Below, in pieces: positions 54,691 through 64,000 of a DNA stretch of 64,000 nt. This stretch comes from Felis catus (Eukaryota), in the NCBI RefSeq assembly GCF_018350175.1, contig NC_058373.1, positions 117,678,001 to 117,742,000 on the forward strand. The letters are read 5' to 3'. Below the pieces are notes generated by a model. The model did not search any database, was not told the origin of the DNA, and worked only from the letters and a program-made list of their open reading frames with translations. The position numbers were made by a program, and so were the translations under genes. Every line of letters starts with the position of its first letter. The stretch's first letter is position 1.

Positions 54691-57646
54691 AGAAAGTGTC
54701 CCCAAAAGTTTGTTTCAATTCCCCTTTGTTTGTCTTTTATGCCCTGCAAAACCTAACACAGTACTGCAACATGGAAGACATTCAATAAATGTTTGATTAA
54801 TTGATCAGAAGCATAAAGCAAACCGATAACCGGAGGGTCATTATACAAAACACCAGTATGTGGTCAAAACATATTGATCTATTTTTTTCAATTACGGACA
54901 AAAGGTTGATGTCTACAGAGGGAAAACAATCTATTTTAACTAAAAAACTTTTCAGAATTACAAACTGCCAGTCTCTTTGAACCCATAACTCAAGTCAAGG
55001 AGAAATTTTAGCATAAGCGTTCACGCTAGCAACTCATCACACCATTCCTTCACCCCTTCTTACACAAGCTCTCTCCATTCCCAACCTCTTTTACATTTCA
55101 GGTCCTCAGAAAGTTGACTTCACATACTACAAATATAGTACAATCCTTCCTACGTCTTTAACTCAAACACAGAGCAAAACTATAGGAGTTTTTTTTCTAA
55201 GTTACGTGGAAAGAAGCCTGAGCACAGGTTTTCCCAAGCAGAATTTTGGTTTTATACATATAAATATAAAATTAACTTTGTCTTTTAATAAAACCTTCCT
55301 TCCCCTACCTACTGAGTTGGGGAGAGGGGAGTAGACAACCATGAATATTAGTGAGGCCGTTCAACCAAAATCAAGTTGAGAATAATATCCGGGTCCTGGG
55401 AGCAAGTACGAAATCCATGCACCAAGGATGATGTTGGACATGGTGAAATCCAAGGAGATGAGAACCATAAAGGAACTTGGGGTTTTCAGCAGAACCATTT
55501 TCCCTCGTGGCCTTTTGGCCTTACTGTCCTTTCCAGTTGCTTCTCACTGTTCGTCTTTCACATTTTTGACAATTCTCTGGAGGAAAATGTCTCTTGCATT
55601 CACTTTCCAGCTGGCGTCTCACATTACCCAAACAATGGAAGTCCCCATAAGGCCTTGGGGCATTGCTTCAGTATGAATAGGAACAAGCCTAGAAATGTAA
55701 TTTTGGTTAATGATCACAACACGCGTCCATAAGACCAATTCCCGCTACGCCTCCCCACTCCCTGGTGGTGAGTTAGGCACTAACTCTTTCAGGTTACCCA
55801 GCTACAATTCAAAGCATTGCCAAGCTTGACGAGACCCTGAGAGGTCATCTAGCCCACGCCCCTAACTCCGCGCAGAAGTATTTGGCTATCAGTGAGGTCA
55901 CATCAGCCTCCATAGTCAAAAATTCTTGCTGTCAAAAGAACTATTTGTCAGTCTGTTCCAAGCCCCAACTTCTCCCGTCCTCTTGAGAAGCCAAAAAGAT
56001 CAGTGTCTTTTTCTCAATGATGCATATGACAGTTATTAAGTGACCCCAATTCTCTTGCCCAGGTTAACCCCAAATCCTTTGCCCTTTCTTACAGGGCTTA
56101 TTATTGTTCATCCTTTTAATTATTGCTAATATTCTTCTCTGTACTTTTTGGGTTTTCCAGTTATTTTCAGCTATTTCAAACACAGTGGTGTCAAATATTA
56201 AATAGAGGTGAAGAAATGCTTTCCAGCCCTTGCACGTTATACCCAATATAACCCAGCTTGGCATCGTGCTAACTTAAAAATAAACAGCACGCTGCTCCTT
56301 CAGCTAGTGTTCCACTACGGCTTCCAGATCCATCTCAGCTATGATTGTGTCTTGCCAGGTGATCACTAATAGCACAGTCACCATAATTATATCAGTCAGG
56401 TGGGTACAAAACCATTGATCCCCACTGTTAACCACCTCACACCAAAGCATTTCCTATTCTGGTGTAAGGAAAGACCAGGTAACCGAGGGATTGTGCTTCT
56501 AACACCATATTCATGTAGAATACAAAACATAGGGTTTTCTAACTAGAATCTTTCTCCTTCTAGTCAATGCCGAAAAGCTGACAACTGGGTGACTTCAGTT
56601 ACGATCACGGGGTGGAGCTTGGAGCAAACAGAGCTGACATACAACATATTGATCTCACCCCCTCACCCTGTTAAGAAAACTAGGAAGTAACTCAGGGAAC
56701 TTAGCAATAGGCACCAGTAAAACACACCCTGAGATCTGAAAAGTTACTCATTCTCTCAAAGCAATGCAGTGGCCTCTCACAACGGCTAAAGAGCATCTCT
56801 TTGATGAGTTTGGCAAGGCAGCTGCCACCTAGCATGACCAGCTCACGGGCTACCTGTCAGGTTCATCCCATACTCAACTTGTAAGAGGATTTTAATTCAG
56901 CAGTAGGTCTGGTATCAGGAATCTTCATTACCATCTAAGGAAGACAATCATTTGTCAGTTCTTTCAGGATGTGAGATACTGAGTTGGAGACTCCGTGTTC
57001 TAATTCTGAATATGACCACAAACAACTGGGCTCTCAGGATGAAATGCACCTCAGCAACATCCTCAATACCTCATAACTAACAATTTCAGGGAGCCACAGC
57101 TATTGGGGAATCAGAAAGAGACCATTTCTTTAACTGCAACAACCCCACACCTCCCAAATTGGGCTCTGCTAAATGTCCTTTAGCATTTATCTCCCACAGA
57201 AACTATAGTCGATGTTCACTTAGCCCACAGGAGCCATTTGCATGAACTCAACTATTTTAAAGTTGGTCTTTTTTCATACTTAAGTTGGTAGAGATGAATG
57301 ATGTTAGTCATTATGCCTCCAAGAGTCACCATTATGTATGGCCAGCATGTCGACTGGCTGGATTATTTATAGGTACTTTCGGTAAGCACCGTACTATTGT
57401 AGTTTGGACTCGGCACCCAAACGAGAAAACCTAATAGCTTTCTAACACCTTGTGGCGGAATTTTTTGGATCAGAACACTTATCCATATAGGCCTCAATAT
57501 GGCTTTCATTACTGACCATGAAATGTACCTCTTGCCCTTCACCTGGTGATGTGAAATTCTTTTCTTAGTCTTGCCACTTATAAAGGTCTTAAATATCACT
57601 ACCAGCACTCCCCACTGTAACAGCATAATACTCTGTATTTCTAACT

Positions 57647-57870
57647 CAGGATCAGCAAACCCTGGCCCCTGGGCCAAATCTGGCCAGCTAGCTGCCTATT
57701 TCTGTAAATAAAGTTTTATAGGAATACGATCATGCCCACTCATTTATATATTGTCTGTGGCTACTTTCATGCTACAACCCCAGAGCTGAATAGTCGCAAC
57801 GGATGTCTGGCCTGCAAAGCCTGAAATATTTACTATCTGGACCCTTACAGGAAAAGTTTACAGAGTCCCC
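57647..57870 (+). mobile_element. MER58A-like hAT-Charlie DNA transposon
   Basis: CAGGATCAGCAAAC...GGGCCAAATCTGGCC...GTAAATAAAGTTTTAT...AATATTTACTATCTGGACCCTTACAGGAAAAGTTT. Confidence 0.85.
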
Positions 57871-57887
57871 ATTATAAGACAGAAGGG

Positions 57888-57918
57888 GTGCTCGCTTCGG
57901 CAGCACATATACTAAAAT
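57888..57918 (+). pseudogene. U6 snRNA 5' fragment (nt 1-31), tailless retropseudogene
   Basis: GTGCTCGCTTCGGCAGCACATATACTAAAAT is the 5' end of vertebrate U6. It is flanked by the direct repeat TATAAGACAGAAGGG (57873-57887 and 57918-57932) and has no poly(A) tail. Confidence 0.93.
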
Positions 57919-58328
57919 ATAAGACAGAAGGGAAACAAATTGCTTATTCAGAATAGCCTTCTCCTCACCTGAACCAAAGAAAATAAAGCAAGAAAACAAC
58001 CCTGACCCAAAAGACTACCTTTTACATGTACTTTGCATGAATTCTGTGCCGATGCATCTAAGATGTGAAAGACTTAAGACAAATTTAAATAACAAAGATT
58101 CTGGAGTGACATATATATCTTCATATAAAATATAAAATTGCATATAAAAAATATAATATAAATATGCATATCCCTCCAGAATTTTTATTTAGATTTATTT
58201 TAAGTATTTTACATCTTCTAATCTTCTGTGCATCTCATTTCAGAGAACACTTTGTAAAATATATATTTATTTATATACTTTTTAAATATACATACATATA
58301 TACTTTTTTTAATTAAAGGAATTTCTAT

Positions 58329-58541
58329 GGGGCGCCTGGGTGGCGCAGTCGGTTAAGCGTCCGACTTCAGCCAGGTCACGATCTCGCGGTCCGGGAGTTC
58401 GAGCCCCGCATCGGGCTCTGGGCTGATGGCTCGGAGCCTGGAGCCTGTTTCCGATTCTGTGTCTCCCTCTCTCTCTGCCCCTCCCCCGTTCATGCTCTGT
58501 CTCTCTCTGTCCCAAAAATAAATAAATGTTGAAAAAAAAAA
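58329..58541 (+). mobile_element. Very young felid SINEC_Fc-type SINE
   Basis: CpG-intact body GGGGCGCCTGGGTGGCGCAGTCGGTTAAGCGTCCGACTTCAGCCAGG.... Perfect 15-bp TSD TTAAAGGAATTTCTA at 58313-58327 and 58543-58557. Confidence 0.95.
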
Positions 58542-59905
58542 TTTAAAGGAATTTCTAAATTTGCTCTTTGGGGAAGACAATAAAACTTGAATTGAGTTCT
58601 TGTCACATGGAATAATTTAGAAATCTTAGAAAAGACAAGACGGGTAAAAGGAATGTGATATAATAGATGACTGGTCAGCAATAAGAACAAAGTACAAGAA
58701 AAACAGAGAACAAAAAAACCATAGCTTTAAACTGTATAGCCCCGCCCAGGGTTTTAGAGAGATGCTCTTTCATTTACGTGCAGAGGGAAGGGGACTGGAT
58801 GGGGGAACGTCTTGTACTAAACTGCATCCTGTATCCCTAATGTGCTCAATAATGACCTAGCTCCATCCAGAGACCAACCCAGGGACCCATCCCCAGCACA
58901 TAACAATTCTAAGTCAGATTACCATTAGACACATCCATAGAGGAAGTGAAGGAATTTGGTCAAGGCATTTCATCCTTCAACCTTACCCAGACTGGAGCCC
59001 TCAGGGAAGGCTGTCCCAAAGTCGTCAAAGGGTTTCTGGCACACACTCACATTTAGTTTTGTCCACACAAAATTGATTTTCAGTGTTTTCAATTTATGAC
59101 CAACATTTTGGGGAGATCTCACCAAAATTTTTGAAGTTTTGGTCCGTCTTGAAAAACCTGGGCACCTGAGAACCCTAAGCCCTCAAGCAGCACCGCCTGA
59201 GCTGGTAGTGGCTGTCCCACTCAGAGCACAGATGCTGTCTGGCTCTATACACTCCCTACGACTCCCTGGTGTCTCCCTGTGTCCCAAGGCTGAGCATCAA
59301 GGGCTGCCTCCTCCCCCTGGCACTGTTAATCGTCACTCATTAAAGATACCTGCTCCGTAGGCATCTCAAGTTTGACGCCAGAGCTAACCTTTTATATGAG
59401 CTGATATGTTTCCAAACGGATGAGGAAAGTGATTTTTCTCTTTGTCATTCTTTGGCTCTTGATCAGTGACCATCTACAGACATCAAGCACGTGCATGCTT
59501 TGCCAACAATTCACCGTCATTTGAAAAAGGCAGTCCCTTCCCTCATGAGCTACCAGTAAAGACATTTGATTCTGCTGGGTCTCCTCCATCCCTTAGTTAA
59601 TTTACACTGATACTACATCCGTATGCTAGACAACTTATCCCTACAAGCAGCCAAAAGACAATACCTACAAAGAGGTAGGTATGTCATAAGGTAAGACACA
59701 GCTTACGGAGAGAATGTTTGCCCATCAGAATCAAGGCACCGTTTTGGAGGGTGTAAATCAGAAGGGAGATTTCGGGTGCAATCATTTCCCTCCTGAGAAG
59801 ATATTTAATCCCCTTGGTGACCTCTGAATTGGATCTAGTGTCTCAAATTTAAGTCACTTCAGGAAGCGGGTGATACTTAATAAATGTGCAAAACTTCTAT
59901 TTACA

Positions 59906-60320
59906 CCAAGTGTCTATCAACAGATGCATGGATAAACAAAATGTGGTATGTGCACACCAGGGAATATCACTCAGCCTTCAAAAGGAATGAAATTCTGACA
60001 CCTGCGACAATATAGACACACCTTGAAGACAGTATGCAAAGAGAAATAAGGCAGTCACAAAAGGACAAACACTATACGATTCCACTCATCTGAGGTATCG
60101 CCAGTAGCCAAATTCATAAAGACAAAGTAGAATAGTGGTTGCCCGGGGCTAAGAGGAGGAGAGCGTGAGGAGTTCTGTTTAATGGCAACAGAGTTTCAAC
60201 AGGAGATGAAAAAGTTCTGGAGCGGATGGTGGTGGGCTGTGCAACAATGTGAATGCACTCAATGCCACTGCCCGCTAAAATGGTAAATTTTATGTAATGC
60301 ATATTTTACCACAACAAAAA
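59906..60320 (+). mobile_element. L1MB-like 3' end
   Basis: CCAAGTGTCTATCAACAGATGCATGGATAAACAAAATGTGGTAT...AATGGTAAATTTTATGTAATGCATATTTTACCACAA plus an A-tail. Confidence 0.85.
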
Positions 60321-61009
60321 GAAAACAAAAGCTTAAGGAGGGTATATTGGCGGGGGGGGGGGGGGGGCGGTTGCTTTTTACTGGTAGGGAAACTTATAAG
60401 TCCGTAATAAATATCACGGTGTGACAATGCTCAGAGGGCAAGACTATGGCCTGAAAGGCCAGTCTGGTTCCACCTGACCTAGAGCACCTATATGAGAACA
60501 GTATTCACTTCCATACACAAGAAGAAACCTATCATGGGGTCTGGTTTATAGCCGTACCAACTGGCCGCTTGGGGACGCTATATACTAAGAGCACCTTTCA
60601 CGCAATGGAAATATTAACCCCCAGATTTTTCCAAACACACACTAAGTCTCACATTCTTATGCCAAACTATTCTTGGCATAGAGATAATGGCAACATGGGA
60701 CAGGTATATCAAGTCTATACACATAAACAGGCTCTCCATGGAGAGGGTGACAATGGCTGCAGTGATGGTGGGTGGGCGACAGCAACTATAGACTCAGAGA
60801 GCAGATACCGGCATCAACGCTGGGCACTGTTCGCTCCCCAAACCTGTCATCCAAGCCAGTGGCAACCACTGTTTTACACTGTGCTTCTAAATAAAACAGA
60901 AAGGTCCAACACACCTTGCACGTGCAAGTGGGCAGAATCCTTTCAAGACGGCATGAAAGTCAAACTCAAGTAGGATGAGGTTGGTAAAGGAAAATTTACA
61001 GAGATGCTA

Positions 61010-62910
61010 TGGGAGCATTGGAAACAGACTTTTATTTAACAGAAACTTACACAAATTTGATACAAACCCTACATTATGCAAAGCTTTATCACAATTCTAC
61101 ACATTGTAACTTGTGGGAGTTGGTTGGAGAGTGGGTTATTATTATAATTATTAGCATTTTGAAAAGGGACCTTTTCTATCAGAAAACGTCACAGAAAAGG
61201 GCTACAAAATGATACAAAGACACTCTTGGTGATCTCCCGCCCTCCACCCCAGGACTGGCCTCGAATGAGAAAGCTGAAAGGGCTAGCAGGAGGTCTGTGC
61301 CCATCCAGTCTCCCCTTTCAAAGGCAAAAGAGAGATTCTCAGGCTAAGAACCATTTCGGTAACACTGGCACTCAAGGACTCTTGCTGATGAGAACATCCA
61401 GCGTTAGATTACGCATTCATTATTGGGACTCCGCTTACAAGTGGGGGACACTCAAGAGCATGGACACGGAGAAGACCTGGAATAGAATCGAGTGGCCCTG
61501 CCGATCAATCGAGCTCCTTCGCCAGGCCACAGACACCGTGTTGAATTACACAGGCCAGCACGTTCACTTCTACCCACACGACCATAAAAGGACATGGTAG
61601 AACACATGTCTTTCTCCTTTACCCCCACCAGCAGCTGAATTTGAGGTTTCCATCATTCAGGTTGGCCTTCCTTGCCCTTGGGGACACTCTAGAACCTTAG
61701 GCCACCCCAAAGCCTGCTCAGTAGAAGTCTCCTCTGGAAGTTGTTAGGTGACCAAATTAGTATCATCTCAGCTGATGCTTATTTTGTTGTCTTTTTTTTT
61801 TTCCTCTTTCTTCGCTGCATTATTTTAAACAAAGCTGTCTGTGTTTGAAAATGTTGAACTCGCAGAGATACAGTTAGTCACTAGATGGAATTCTTTTCTG
61901 AACTAGGCCTCGTCAGACATGACAACCAGGAGTCGAGCTGTTTCTTGACATCCAGATGAATGGGGTTTGCCTATGGGGGGGGAGGGAGTTTTCTGGGGAG
62001 TAGGGAGAGACTGCTGATAGCCTTTGTGGCTAATTTATTTCTGTCACGTCTTAACACATAACCATGTAACATCACCAAGGCCTCCAACAGAATTTCGAAG
62101 AAGAAAAAACCAATCACTCCTCACTTACCACATCCAACTGGCAGAAATAAAAATACCTAAAGCACATACATGAATGGCTTTTTTAAAAGCCCGAGAGAGC
62201 AGAGGTGATCTTTATTTTCTCATTAAAAATGTGGGGTCTTTTTCCTTAGCGTTAATATGAAGTCTTTATTTAACATTAAGTAACTCTTTTGATTTCGTGT
62301 CTTCACAAAATTGCTTTTAACTTTTGAAGTAGAAGGTACTTTAAACAAAAATACTGTGCCACGCCGGCACTTTTTTTCTTTTAAATATTGAAATAAATAA
62401 AATAGTTAACTCTTTTTTTTTTTTTTCCGTCAGTTTGTTCATGTTCAGTTATTTCTACGGTAGAGCACTTCCAGTCTGACCTGGGTACTTTCTCAGAGAC
62501 ACTTAAAGAAAATGTAATGAAGGATTTTAAAAAGGAAAAAAAAAAATATATCTTCTTATTGCACACACTTAGGCCATTCCCAAGACTTCTCTGAGCTGAG
62601 CTGAGCTGAGTTGCGCTGGAGGCTTTTCCACAATCCAGGCTCCTGTGTTGGCTGAAACACACGCGCAGGAGGGGGCCGGGCAAGGGAAGAGGAAGAGGAG
62701 GAGGAGGACAAGGAGGAGGAGGCGCAAATCAACGTGGCTCCTTTTCACCTTCTTCAGAAATGGCTTGCTTGAAGGATGCCGGAGTCCCCAGGTCATAGAG
62801 TTGACTGCAGAGGGAAAGGCAACGAAAGATAAAACAAAAAACAACAGCACAGGACAACTACCTAAAAAAAGGAAAGATTAAAATGAAGGGGGTGGTGGAA
62901 ATGACATGAA
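61010..62910 (-). other. DPF3: Probable alternative terminal exon (intronic polyadenylation) of DPF3
   Basis: Three minus-strand pyrimidine-tract/AG acceptors (exon starts 62910, 62861, 62804), then ~1.8 kb of AU-rich, interspersed-repeat-free, 3'UTR-like sequence ending at AATAAA 61031-61036. Confidence 0.5.
61031..61036 (-). terminator. Candidate intronic polyadenylation signal
   Basis: Minus strand TGTAGGGTTTGTATCAAATTTGTGTAAGTTTCTGTTAAATAAAAGTCTGTTTCCAATGCTCCCA then a U-rich tract. Several UGUA motifs lie upstream of AATAAA. Confidence 0.55.
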
Positions 62911-64000
62911 CTGAAAAGAAAAAAAAAGAAGAAAGAAAGAGAACATACTACCTACGGCCATGCTAATGAGACCATGGCTATGTGCAAGGAGAATGTGGCT
63001 CGTGTCTCCTGTGCCCTGAGCGTCAGCAGCACGAGGTCGGCCAGAAATAGGGCAGGTCAGCTGCACTTGGGCAACCAACGGACACAAGAAACAGAGGGGA
63101 CACAGCTGGATTTTCAAATCCTAGGTGGTGTAGCAGACAAAACCGGATGCTGGCAAAATCTATCATTTTTTTCTCCTCTACTTGGAAGCTGAATCTTTTC
63201 ACTGTTAAAATGCCCCAGAAGGACCGTTACGATGCAATCTGTCTGCCTGTCACCTAAGTGGAAATGAGTTGTTCTACGGTGTAGGACGAGTGGCAATTAC
63301 AAAAACCCCAACCGATGCCCCATGTGGCCTCAGGCCCAAAGGACACTGCTTCACGCACACACCCTCACCTCCAACCCCAAGTGATTCCAGGGTGTCAGAA
63401 TTACTCAGGGAGAGAACCAAGCCAAAAGATCCATTCCAGTCCTCAACTAGCCCAGTGATCCCAACTGTCAGCCTTGGAACCTGGTGGCAGTTCAATCCTG
63501 GTGGGTCCTTTAGCCAGGATGAGTACCAACCAGGAATGGATTTGGCTTCTAGCTGAAATGAAATCTGCTAAGTTATTTTAGGCTTTGGAATGGAGTAGTC
63601 TGCACAAAGGAGGAAGCAATAAAACCAAGTATTATCACATTTCACCCCAGAAGCAGTCCCTGAAGGCAGAGATGCGTGCCCCTAAACAGTGCCCGTGTCA
63701 CGTTGGGCTGGGTGGCAAGGGAGAGAGGAAAGGAGGGAGGGGCCCAACTGGAAAATGGCCAAGGCAGCAGGGAACAAACCTCAAAACCAAATGAGTGGCT
63801 CAGCCTCCTCCAGGTTGAACCCCTCCATCCCCCATCTTTCTTTGTAGTACCTAAGGCCTTACTCACTGGTCAGGGGCACAGGACTGGTATAGAAGCACTT
63901 CCAAAACTGAGACTCTATCTGTATACTTATGTTTTCAAGGGGTGGCTGAGAAGAGCCTCATTTCTACCCACCACCAAGCCATCCCCTGACCTCTTCTCCT

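Noticed and set aside
55800..57600. Possible ancient CR1/L3 remnant
   Set aside because: Only a vague resemblance; I could not identify reverse-transcriptase motifs by eye. A Dfam search is needed.
57888..57918. Functional U6 snRNA gene
   Set aside because: Only 31 nt are present, the ACAGAGA box and 3' stem-loop are missing, and it is flanked by a TSD.
62591..62610. (CTGAG)4 resembling immunoglobulin switch-region pentamers
   Set aside because: Only four units; an ordinary microsatellite.
30634..64000. DPF3a-specific acidic coding exon and the upstream C2H2/PHD1 exons
   Set aside because: Not found in any frame I could read; presumably they lie beyond the right edge of the window.

Overview
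Mammalian genomic DNA, almost certainly from a felid (several young tRNA-derived CAN-SINEs of the SINEC_Fc type). The window holds the 3' end of DPF3 (BAF45C, the double-PHD-finger subunit of BAF/SWI-SNF) on the minus strand. Three coding exons (30521-30633, 20308-20389, 19718-19788) splice in frame through GT-AG junctions and encode the end of PHD1, all of PHD2 and the C-terminus ...ASAFGCQA* of the DPF3b isoform. The upstream exons lie beyond the right edge. The rest is a probable ~9.7 kb 3'UTR, introns and intergenic DNA with L1, L2, MIR, MLT1, hAT (MER) and SINE copies. The most notable extras are: a probable intronic alternative terminal exon (~61010-62910) whose acceptors are in phase with an open frame; a tailless, 3'-truncated U6 retrocopy with a clean target-site duplication; a perfect inverted pair of POU octamers at 1177-1202; a palindrome-dense enhancer-like cluster at ~7340-7400; a multi-layer nested L1 block; and a local duplication of an L2 segment. 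I found no CRISPR array, prokaryotic system or clearly novel protein-coding system. Nearly all ORFs in the supplied track look like chance ORFs. Repeat family names are recognised by eye and their boundaries are approximate.
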